Positions 12,003 to 34,485 of a DNA stretch of 64,000 bases are shown here, piece after piece (the first letter of the stretch is position 1; the number at the start of each line of letters is the position of its first letter). Below the pieces are notes generated by a model. It was given only the letters and a program-made list of their open reading frames with translations. It was not told the DNA's origin and did no database searches. Made by a program: the position numbers and the translations under genes. The DNA is from Bugula neritina (Eukaryota > Animalia > Bryozoa). The DNA lies in contig OZ037768.1 in assembly GCA_964035545.1 (NCBI GenBank), positions 18,025,700-18,089,699 of the forward strand. The letters are read 5' to 3'.

Positions 12003-15000
12003 TCAGGGCCTACAAACAGTGACTGTAACGTCACTAAATGCTTTGATAAGTAAAGATGAGACATTGGAAGCTCTTGCCAACTTGGTAAGGAACAGTTCTC
12101 CTTTGTTTCTGTTGAAATAAAAAACATATTCACCATCAAACATTGAAAAAACTGAATCTTTGAGTGTCCAAAATCAAATGTTATATAGCATAAACCAGAA
12201 AATAGATTATTAAGATTAAGTAAATTATGTGATAATTTAATTGCCTCTAGTCAAAAAGGCTTTTGATGTGGTGCAAAAGCAAAAAAGTTCTTTCCCTGTA
12301 TTGAGAGTCTTCAAAAGCATTTAAATCTGCAGTTGACATGTAGGTAATACATAATATAAGAGATTTTAATTTTGTATAAATTTCAAATAAAAGTTGTGCA
12401 ATCTCATGTGAAGAATGTGAATGTGAACAAGTGTAAAATCTGGCAGTGAATGTTTGCACCAGATACAAGCTTACAAGCTTCTCATGTCATTTGGTGCTTT
12501 AGCTTTCATAAAACAAATATTCAAGTCAATTTTAATGATGTTACAATGTCTATGTAATGTACAACAACGAAAGCATATCGGATTTTTTATAACAAAATAA
12601 TGGAAGAGGTAGCTTTTTACCCCACGTTAGATTTGAAACTTGACTTTTTAAAAACAAGGATACTATTATTTACTCATATTATTATCTATTTAGATGGTAC
12701 ACCATCTAACTAGTCTTTATACCTGCTGATGAGTTGACTGGTTTGTTCTGGAGACTGAATAAGTAGATGAATCAACATTGATAGAGAGTGATTCTCGATC
12801 ATCTTATCCGCCACTAATTCGAGGCCAGCCAGCACTTTGGGTATGATATTTATCTAATAAAGATATACAAAAGATGTACCATTCCCCCAAATACAGAATT
12901 ATTAGATATTTATCCACTACTTGTAAAGATGAGCATATTCTGGTGGCAATAAATTACTTATTGCACTGAAAATGTCAGAATCTTGTGTAACCTCAACTCA
13001 CCACAACTGCAAATCCTGGTCACAAATGGAATTTTGTTCCAATCCCAAAAAAATAAATTAATACACAATAATATAAAATACATCTTGTAGCCGGCTTAGC
13101 TGGTGGTTTTGTGTCTAAGTACTAGCATGAATATTTAATAAATTATCAACACTTAGTAAGCATGTTATGCAAAACAAAATAACAAGCGCAGCAAATGTCC
13201 ACTGTTGTTTTTTGGTAAGAGTAACAGCTATGCAAGAGCTATAAATGGAATGACAGTATTGAAATTGGAAAATGTTAATTGAATTCTGTAATACTGAAAT
13301 AGTTTTCAACCATAAACTAAACAAAGGTTGACTAAAAGATGGAATAATAAATAAGATTTTACAAGAGAAACAGGTGGATGGGATCAGATGTAGCTGTAAG
13401 GTTTATACTCATTACCCTTAAACACACAATAGAAATGAAAAATATCGATAAAATATTTAAATAAATTTAAATAATAGAACTGATTGTATGCTAAATCCAT
13501 GCAAATAATCAGCTACTAATGCAATTAAAGAAGGTTCAATGAGATTTGTAATAAATTTATCAAGAATGTTGCAATATTTTAAACATCTACAAGTGAATTG
13601 CACAATTTCTAGATGTAACTGCAAGTATAATACTTACCAGATGATGTGTATTTTGAGAATGCTGGGAGAAGTTAGACAAAGCTCTTATGACGTGTTGGTA
13701 ATACGGGGCTTTCGGATCTCCAACCAGTGGATGCAGTTGGCTTATTACCTGAGCTAGATGAGACTGAAACAAACATAAAAATGTAACAACTTTATGGGGG
13801 GGATGCAAGGTCTATAAATCATAGGTTTTAATATAATAGATTTTTGGCAATTTTATGATGCAAGGACATTTTATTTTAAATTATTTGTATTTTTGACATT
13901 TAGAGTTGTGTGGGAGTTTGAAAGATGAAACATTTTTTGATGGAATAAACTAACATTTTAGTTTGGGGTGAGAATATTTTGTACTTCTGTTTATCAGCTG
14001 ATCTGATGACATTACAATAATTATTTTTTATAAAAAGTGGTAAAGTGTACTAATAGTGTCAACATGTTTGTACTTTGTGCCTCGTGTTATGCTGCTTGAT
14101 TGACGTAAGAAATGGCACCATGCTCAGATATAGTTTGTGTAGAAAGTGTTTATCAAAAACGTGTGATGTTAACTAAGTATGTAAAAACCTTATGTAGGTT
14201 AATATAAGTACAACATTATATTACAAATAGTGTTTAAAATATTGTCATTAGTACATGATATTATAATTTATACCATAAATAGCACATATCTTAACCACAG
14301 GGTAGTTGAAAATTAATAATTTGCAGGGAAAAATTTATTGCATAAACCAACAGAATCCTAATTATTCATGAGTGATGAGTAATCAATGTAATCAAAACTC
14401 TAGGCCAGTTCTAATATGAATTGTAAAATGCAGATATTATGTTGAAGGAGAAGGCATCCAATGAACAGCCTATAGTTACAATTATAAATGCTGATTATTT
14501 TCCATGCTTAGTTTTTAATCTTAGAATGATTATTATTTGAACCATCTATATGATAGTTGGATAGAAGCTGGTAGTTTAGTAAAACCTGCAATGATTTTTA
14601 TAGTAAACTCCACGGAGAGCTTATTGCTTATACAAAATTGCTAGCTTCTCATATGACAGTACACTAACAAAAAGCATTTATCATATATATGCATTCCATT
14701 GCTATATTATTCTTATTTTACATCAACGTTTTGTGAGATTTAAACACAAAGAAGAGCAAAAACAACAAACAACAACACCTCAACTATTGCTTTCCTATGC
14801 ACTATAATTATAAAGTGGCACTCAACTTGAATCTGTTGCAATTTTCCTTCATTTTCATTACTTTGAAAGCAGGGAGAGCCACAAGTTGGTTAAAAATATA
14901 ACAACACACTTGACTGCACTCCACAAAACATGAGAAATAGAAATGAACTGTTTGCCTCTCACTTCATGTAGCTCATACTGTAAGCTTATACAAGCATAAC

Positions 15001-18000
15001 TCTCACATCAGTTCATATAGGGTAAAGGCCTTTAGAAACTAATTATTAAAATGTTATTTAATATGCAGGTTTACAATGATTTGAAAGCAATGTTTATATT
15101 TATATAACAAAATATTCTTACGTGACTTAACTTTATGATTAATAGTAATTTTAGTTGATAATTTGTTTGTTTGTTATAACTAAAAATACACTCTGCAGGT
15201 AAGCATACTAGAGATGATAGAATATTTCTCTGGTAAAGTTTTGTTGAATTAAGTTTAACTCGGTTGAATTAAGTTTAACTCGGTTGAATTAAGTTTAACT
15301 TGGTTGAGTTAAGTTTAACTTGGTTGAATTAAGTTTAACTTGGTTGAATTAAGTTTAACTTGGTTGAATTAAGTTTAACTTGGTTGAATTAAGTTTAACT
15401 TGGTTGAATTAAGTTTAACTTGGTTGAGTTAAGTCGGGAAATATTATGCTTAAGCCTATCCCATAATATTCTCATTATATCACAAGATGCAACTTTTTTA
15501 ACACACCTAAATTCAATATTGCATTTTCCAGCTTTACAAAACCACTTTCTATCCAGATAAAAGGTAGAAAGTAGTATTGATAAACTAAAGCCTCGAAATT
15601 GTGAAGAGGAAAGGCTAACTGGGGAACCAATCCAGCTCTCCTGCTATAATCATGACTTAATCATTACAGCTGCAACCATAATACCAAACATGCTGAGAAT
15701 AGCTAATAATAAAACTAAGTGGTTGATGATGTGTGACGATAGCTGTTTGTTCGGCATATTGTTGTAGTTATATTTGATTTTACATAACTATGGGGAAGTA
15801 ACTACTAATTAAACTGTTGGTGTCAGAAAAAGTTCACATAGTAAAATCCTCTTGTATCATTTATATGCATTAATATAAGACATTAACTATTCAAAAGTTG
15901 TTCCCGGTAGCGAATCATCAAACTTATATGTCTTAGAGTGCATTTGACCTGCCAATAACCAAGACTATGTGTGACCCATGGCCAGGTATCTCTTAGCACA
16001 AGCTGTGTTTTGTCTACTTGTCTACTAGTAATGATATCATGGCTTGAAACAAACAACCTTTATCTATATATGCTACTCTATTTTGGCAGGAATAGTTTGC
16101 AGAATCAAAGTTCTTTAATTGTTAAGTGAATCACCTATTCTATGCAAAACAGTCTCGATACAAAGACCTGCACACAGTATGAGCCAAATGGCCTGCATCA
16201 GCTGTTTGCCCAATCAAGAAAAATAAAGCGCAAGAACAACAAACATCATTACACATGTACATGTAGTATAGTTTAAGAAAGTAATAACACAGTGCTGACT
16301 GAATGCTGCTGATAAATTCCATACCAAAGTTCACCAGTGACAACCATGGCTATATATCTTTTCAATAAACAAAACATAACAACTAGAGCAGATCTTTTAA
16401 TTTTAAACCAATTGATTAATAATGAAATAAACAGAAATATTGCTTCATCAAAGTATATTGGCCTATATAATCAACACGTAGTCAAACCAGCAGAAGGTTT
16501 ACACACCTCTCAGCTAACCTATAATCATTAATCAAACTGTTATTTCCATGAATCAGAAGAGTTTGATATATGCATTTCCCTGCAGAAGATACTAGTAAAG
16601 TATAAATTCCAACAGACTTTGAAATATGTGTTTTTAAATGCATTAGTAATCTGAATAACATACTAACTTAGTGTTAGTATGCAAATTGGACAAAGACAAC
16701 ATATGATCTTTTTGATAAGCAAGTTTGCTGAAAAGTTTTTGATAGAGCAATTCCTTCCTATAACTAAGTGAGTTAATTTTAGTTACATCACTTTGATTTA
16801 ATGGACAATGAGTGAATTTTTAATAGTTGAGTCATGGTACAGAAAGAGATTTTTTAGTAACTTTATTAGATTGTGTGATAGCATGAGATTCAACAGATAG
16901 AACTATAAGCTGTGAGTACCTGAGTATCTGGAGCAAAGGCTAGATTTGCAACTAGACAAGTTACGTTGGTTAGCAGCTCATTGCTATTCTCCTTTTTCAA
17001 AGATTTACTTATATACGATGAAGTTGCCTCCACCTGAAACAATTGGCTTTGTGTCATCGTGATTGATTAGAGTAATATTGACGTAGCAGATTAGTCGTAT
17101 TATACTATGGCATTTCCTGGAGGGAGGTGCAGTAATGGAGAGATTGAGAAAAGCCTGTGTTCTAGATTACAAATGTAGCAAAAAAAGTTATATTCGCGAA
17201 AGAATTTCAACCTGAGCCCCAAACCAAAATTAATAAAAATATTAATGAACTTAGACTATCTCAATTTCTCCACTACTGCTCCTAATTAGAGGTAGGTGCA
17301 GTAATGGAGAGATTGAGCAAAGCCTGTGTTCTAGATTACAAATGTAGCAAAAGAAGTTATATTCTCGAAAGAATTTCAACCTGAGCCCCAAACCAAAATT
17401 ACTAAAAATATTAATGAACTTAGACTATCTCAATTTCTCCACTACTGCTCCTAATTACTCAAAACTCATATACAATAAATTTTACCTATCACTCTTCAGT
17501 ACTAGAGTATATAGAATAAATGTTTTCTGTACATGTTCTCAAAGCATTTGACAGAGTAAACAGCTTAAAGAGAGCAGTAATTTGCATATTTATCCAAATA
17601 GTTTAACATATGCCATGCATACAAATCTAATCAATAACTTAGAGCTAGGCTGTTGCAAACAAAGCTATGCATCACAGATACATCTTGGTAATTAAAATAC
17701 AAAACACCTTTATTTGAAACTTAGATAATATTTCTAAAACTTTATAAAGTTCTATAAAGAATACCATTTGTTTGAGTTATAATAATGTATTTACTATACA
17801 ATGACACATTTTAATAGCATTTATCCAAGTGCTGAGCAAGCTTTTCCAAAGAGCATACCAAAATCTTTACGTTTAGAGTTATTGACATCTGAGTACATCG
17901 AGATATGATTGCTATTGTTTATTACAATGTCAACGGCTACAATAAAAAACTAGAAAAAATATATATACTTCAATATTAGAAATAGTGCAGTTCAATTACT

Positions 18001-21000
18001 GCTTTCATTATTAAACTTGAACTATTAAAATCCATCAAGAAATGTAATTTATTTCAACCCATCTGCAATTTTTGTTTTTCATGATATATACAATTGAAGA
18101 GATGGCTAATTACTAATAATTTCCTCATAGCATTCGTAATTATTCTAAGGATTAACTGTTACTTTTCCCATATAAACTGTTTCTCAAGTCTAATTTGATT
18201 TGGTAGTAAAATGTAGGACTATTATACTATGACTAATGAAATACTGCATATTAGGAAGAGATCACAACTCCTAAAGCAAACAAATAATTAGAGCAACCAG
18301 ATTATTAGTTTACCTCAGATAAAGCTGTAGTATAAGCTGGGGTTTGTGTAGCTGAAATCTCTGCAAGAATTTTAAATACCAGTGTTGAAACCTGCAGAAT
18401 AACTTTCATGATTAGTTTTTAATAAAAATTACATATTGTCTTTCAACTTGATACGAAAATCAATTTGACCTAATTACAAGTAAATAATTCAGCTTAATAG
18501 ATGAACAACATTATAATGTTGTTACTGAATAAATGCTTTACTACACTAGAAGAAATACCTGAGCATCCTGAGATAGTGTTACTAATGATATAATGTATTT
18601 GACTGTCTGTGTGTTTGACATAATCTGAGAGTGAGCCTGAGGTATACCACAGGTCCTCATTATAGTTTCTAAAGCTAATAGTCTGGTCAGTTCATCGACC
18701 CGGTGTATAATCATAAGAAGAGAAGACAACCCTCCACCTGACACAACTGGAACATGGAATAACACCAACTGGTAATAATGTGCAATAGGAAATCACAAAG
18801 ATAAACACACAGATGCCACATTTATAGAATAAGAACTGATAAAGATGCATCTAATTTATATCAGGATGCTTGATAATATGTTCTGGTTTAAACTTGGTGC
18901 TCTATTTTAAAAGTCAAAATTTTTTTCATTCTTGAACTTTGATATTGCTATCACTCATAAAATAATCACATTTAATTGCGTTCCATTAGAAACAAATAAA
19001 AATATTAACCTGCAAATTAATAAAATGGTGTAGAAACTAGAAAGTGCATAATCAAAACAAAACACAATAGCCTTTATATAATAGTGTGGAAGAGAGATTA
19101 GTGAATTTAGAGTTATCTTACCCTGATGAGCCCCTTCTTTGTTACTTAATACCAGTAAAGTACTGATACAATCTGATATCACTTTCTCTGAGCTCTCAAA
19201 ACTCTGCATTATACTAAAATGTGAAACATATATATGTTTTATTGCATTAATCCTACATCTCACAATGACTATGAACTCAAATTAAGGTTTCCATGTTGGA
19301 CATTCAACAGTTTGTTTTTCAATTGGCACAGACTTATTAAATTAAAATAAATTACATACTCTTAATGTCTAAAATAATCGTTCTAAATGTAGATCTATTA
19401 CAGTGCTCCCTCTGTATCTTATAGTTCCCCGTTCTCACAAAATTCCAAAGTCACGAGACAGACTTGGACCCCGTTTTGTAACTTATATATGAGTGTATAG
19501 GGAAAAACGAACAAATTTAACAGATCCATAAGTTAAAACTGTTATTCTACTATGTCACGAATTGAGGTTTCAGGACCTGTAGCTTAGTGAAATACGGAGG
19601 GAGCACTGTATTTACAAGTTGGCAATAAAAGATGCATATGTACGTTTAACAGAAAAAAACACTAGAGACTCCAAGTTACTTACTTAGAAAGAGCTTGTAC
19701 AGCCCCAGCATCTAGCAAGTATTTCTGTAGACTAACTTGTGTTGACAGTATGTGTAGGGCAGGTACAGCGTACCGGTGTACTTGGCTGCTGTTAGTACCA
19801 CATAGCCACACTAGTGTGTGCAGTCCTCCCATTTCTATCAACTATGATGATAATTCAACTCAACAGCAAAGTACACTGATTATTCAAAGTTACTTTTTAG
19901 TAACAATTATCATGTAATTGATGGTAAGACTGAATAGTGACTCAGATTTGTCTCTCAAGAAAATTTCAAGTGTTTTACTAACTTTTGACCTTATTTTTTC
20001 AATGTGACCATGTACTACTTTAGTGATTCTCCATACCAGTTTGATCGCTTATCAAGACATGCAACTATGTATACTACCTGTATACCGCCTATAGTATACT
20101 ACCTATGGTATACAATCACGCATACTATCTGTTTTAATTTTGTTGAGTTCATTTATTAGCTGATAAAAGTATATAGAATACTCGATTTTTTCTATAGCCA
20201 TTATAACTATTTGAACTGGCAAAAATAAAGGGAATAAACCGAACCTCTTGCATACATTTTCTTGCTTGAATGAGCTCTAAAAATCCTGCAGCTGCTTCAC
20301 TTTTTAACTTCTAAAATTTCAAGAATTTAAGTTTAAAATATGTTTGTAAACAACAACTACTTATGTTGATAAGCCAATAGTTGCATAATCAGATTCTCGG
20401 CCAACAAATTTTAAAATATCTTTCAAACAAAAGTACATACTACAATAGTTATATAATTATGCATATATGTTTAGTAAATGACTTGGGTAAAATAACTGAA
20501 AGTCTAAATAATTTGAAACTGCAGATAGATTTAGTTTTTATCAGTTATTTAAAATGTATACTTTGTTTCTAAACAAGTTTATAAAAAAGTTGGAGTAAAA
20601 TTTTGAAAATTCCTTCAATTTCAAAAAGTAAACCTATATATACAGTTTCAAAGTTTAGTTTGCACAAACAGTGTGAAAGGAAACAACTAACAGTTGCAGA
20701 TTTCCATATTCTTTATCATATACTGTACTAAAATACAGCTTACAGTGTCAGCTGTAAGAGCCTTCGACATTAAAGGAAGTACTGGCTTGCAAATTGCACA
20801 AATTCTTTCTAAGTCAGTCATACCCAAGTGTGTTAACACCATCTACAAAATTATATTATTGACATTTTATTATAACATACTTTATGTTAGTACTATGTTA
20901 GTAGACCAAAGTTATAGTGCAGTAATTATAACTATCATTTAAAATAATTTATTAGCAGATAATATTGCATTACAATGTAGCAAGTATGTGGCAATGTATC

Positions 21001-21717
21001 ACAGTCTACAATGCTTGGTGCAACTTAAAAAGAATAAAAAATGAAACATTAAAAAGTTATTTGCTATAGTGCAGCAACATGCATAGATATTCATCACAAA
21101 ATAGCATTTCAGAACTATTTATAATATGCAAAGTTAGTTCAGTATGAAAGATGCTGTGAAAATTTTACAGTTGAATTTTATATGATGATACATATTATTT
21201 TTATTGTCAGTAACAACAGGCCAATGTTTTACCATTAATAATAACTAAATTAAAATTCAAATACTTTGTCATTGCAGCACTTGCTGCAAAAGAGTCTGCC
21301 ACAGGATCTACAATGATGTTTTCGTCGAATTTGAGTGAATTTATTTTTGCAGTACAAGCACTGAGATGCCCCAGAATCCTCTGTCCATCTGTAATAACCA
21401 ACAAATGGTTTTAATATTTTTCAAGTTCTCTACTTACTATTTTGTAAAAAAACCGTATAGATCAATCATAGTCATTAATATACATTGAATTATAATCATG
21501 AGTGAAAGCTTGGAGTGCTGAAAATCTTCTGCCAAGAATCTTGTGACACATGTTTCATGCATGTATCAGTATGGTGTGCAAAAATGACTAAAAACTGACA
21601 ATAAACTTACTTGGGTCGAATAAATTCAAGTCTTGGTTTGTTGAAGACACAGAGCTCACCTTGTGGAACAGCTACTATAACTCTCTCGCCAGACTCTAGA
21701 AGAATTGACCCTTCCAT
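12003..21717 (-). CDS. Uncharacterised FYVE-finger + armadillo-repeat protein, 12 coding exons, about 462 aa
   Basis: Exons (high to low) 21717-21611, 21388-21265, 20842-20744, 20310-20245, 19841-19684, 19213-19122, 18746-18559, 18391-18314, 17033-16920, 13763-13638, 12853-12723, 12108-12003. All are GT-AG and phase-consistent (1389 nt), with an in-frame stop upstream of the ATG. FYVE signature WTED...CLYC...[10 protein letters not shown]...CSKC...RICAIC, followed by ARM-like repeats ([14 protein letters not shown]...ALHILS; [14 protein letters not shown]; [14 protein letters not shown]; [13 protein letters not shown]; VIRALSNFS). Confidence 0.88.
15241..15434. repeat. 20-bp minisatellite (GGTTGAATTAAGTTTAACTT), about 9.7 copies
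   Basis: Nearly identical head-to-tail units with no spacers, in intron 9 of the FYVE-ARM gene. Confidence 0.97.
17126..17451. mobile_element. Head-to-tail dimer of a ~157-bp MITE (17126-17282 and 17295-17451)
   Basis: Each unit starts ggtgcagtaatggagagattgag and ends ctcaatttctccactactgctcc (imperfect TIRs). Period 169 bp. A related copy lies at 25945-26083. Confidence 0.85.
19401..19608. mobile_element. Tc1/mariner-(pogo)-type MITE
   Basis: TA|cagtgctccctc...ggagggagcactg|TA: CAGT termini, TA flanks, and a diverged second copy at 24053-24246. Confidence 0.85.
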
Positions 21718-22798
21718 TATGAGCAACTTTTACTGTCAAACTCAGTAAGCTTTCATCGACAAAGTTTATATCCCATTATTACGTGCAACTTTTTAGCAGT
21801 GTTGGTTTACTAACTTCTATTAACTAACTCTTTTATAGTCAGTAAAGTGAAACTTCATGCGCTGTGTTATCTGTGTTGTGAATTAATTATCAACAGATTA
21901 TGAAAATTCAATTGCCACAACAATCAGCATGAGCTTTGACTCAACTGACACACCCCCTCCTAAATGTCAAGGCCACCACTAAGCCGTGCAACGAGAGGAA
22001 ATAACTCTATACCGTAATAACCAAACCCACTGTGATATCGTCTAATAATTATACTTGCAAGTTGTACACAATATTTCAGTGGCTATGTCCTAGGACATTA
22101 CGCAGCAATTCTAAATAAATTTAAAAAGACATTACCAGTGTAGTTACTTAAAGTTTAAGTTATTTTCACTGATTCAGTTATTTAACCAGTTTTCTGTATT
22201 ATTCGAAAATATATCCATTTCTTCAACAGTTGTATAAAATTATTTATAGTGCCTATAATCAAATACATTATTTATTAGTTAACTTTATCAAGGACACTTT
22301 AGCAGCTATACTATGGTATACATTAGCTCTACCATTTGTAGGAACTCATTTTCAACTGAGCCAAGACGAGACTCAACACAATTATTACAGCACATTTTTA
22401 TTTTTAGCTATGTCAAGCTACAGTACAGAAAAGTAAACTTTATTGTGTATGAAAATGCTGTCACATTTAGGGCTAGTACAATTAATTGTACCTTTAGATT
22501 AAAAAATTTACAAAAAAAAACAGTTTTGTAGGAGACCTGTAAGCTAGCAAAAAATAACAAATAAGTCATCAACAAAAATCCTATGCTATGCTATAAAGGA
22601 TCTGATTAATGTACAAAGCAAAGCCATTTGAGGTAAATAGGAAAGTAGAAAATCATTAGCAGATTTCATCAAATTTTCTTGCCAGCATTTATCATATAAC
22701 CATTGAGGGTATTATGAAAATATTAAAGTGCATGATGGACAAGTCATTGAAATAGAAAATGAATAATAATACATCATCGAATGAGTTAGCAAAATGAT

Positions 22799-33421
<10,623 letters not shown>

Positions 33422-33869
33422 GTTTATTTGTTATTCTAAAACAGAATGAAGCAAAACTTTGCTTACAGACACTTTGCTTTTAATAATAGCTGATTATAGA
33501 CCTACAGTGACTTGGAATTGGTCCGAATCTACAATCACTCAATGAAGACGATTTCATTTAATATTATTAATAAGTTAGTTATACTAATTACTATTAAATA
33601 AATAAAATAACAAATAATTATAAGCATAATAATAATAATTACTACTTAGTATAGGTATTAGTATTACTATTAGTATAACTCAATTTGATCGCTTGTGAAT
33701 AACATCAACTAAATCTTTGTCATAATCATAGCGTTATTGTTGGACATTCACATTGTCATTGTCGTTATAATTATAATTATTATTACGATAAATGATAACA
33801 TTAAATGCCACTGTAATACTAATAGTTTTGATACTGAAAGACTCAAACTCAAAGTGAATGTTATGTTGG

Positions 33870-34210
33870 ACATGACAATAGTAACACTAACAGTAACACT
33901 AATAGTGATGCTAATAGTAATACTAATAGTAAATTATTTAGACTTAGTAATACTAATACTAATACTAATAGTAATAGTAGAGTAATAGTACTACATTTAA
34001 TTTCACTTTTAGTAATAATAATAATACCAATAGTAATACTAATACTAGTACTAGTAGTAATACTTATACTGATAGTGATAGCAATACACTTACACTTACA
34101 GTAATACTAATAATAATAATAATACTAATACGGTAATAGCAACACTAAGAGAGTAAGAGTAACATTACTCGGTTACACTTACTGTCAGTCTGTCACTGTT
34201 AGTGTTAGTA
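33870..34210. repeat. Degenerate period-3/6 TA-rich array in the MCM4 5'-UTR intron
   Basis: atagtaacactaacagtaacactaatagtgatgctaatagtaatactaatagt, inside an intron bounded by the donor at 34250-34255 and the acceptor at 33436-33437 on the minus strand. Confidence 0.85.
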
Positions 34211-34249
34211 TGTTTTAGATCGAATATAATTTATAAGAAAAATCATCCA

Positions 34250-34485
34250 ACTTACTAAAAAGCACTAGCAGTAAGGGTGTGAGTATCTGCAGAGCAAATA
34301 TCTAATCCAACTACAGTAAATTGGTTCAGTCCATACAATTAATAATAATATTGTGTACAACCGAATCTCATAGCAAACTTGCGTGTAAAAAATAACTTAT
34401 TAAAGGCAATGTTCCCGCGGTTTAGTCACGTGTTATTGCCAAAGTTTAACATTTCAAGGGCTGGGTGCATTAAACCGCCAATCTA
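34250..34485 (-). promoter_or_regulatory. Putative MCM4 promoter and non-coding first exon
   Basis: gtaagt donor (minus strand) at 34250-34255, E2F-like TTCCCGCG at 34412-34419 and CCGCCAA at 34475-34481, E-box CACGTG at 34427-34432, CCAAT at 34478-34482. MCM genes are established E2F targets. Confidence 0.6.

Noticed and set aside
15241-15434. Regular short repeats resembling a CRISPR array
   Set aside because: Units are contiguous with no unique spacers, there are no cas genes, and the context is a eukaryotic intron.
17858-17936. AG...GT-bounded segment in FYVE-ARM intron 8 ([25 protein letters not shown])
   Set aside because: The open frame is phase-incompatible with the flanking phase-0 exons, which already join cleanly.
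21207-21404. ORF-track peptide [14 protein letters not shown]...
   Set aside because: Wrong-frame reading of the FYVE-encoding exon.
33737-33985. Hydrophobic 82-aa ORF (also 311-529 and 53107-53310)
   Set aside because: Translation artefacts of TA-rich low-complexity arrays.
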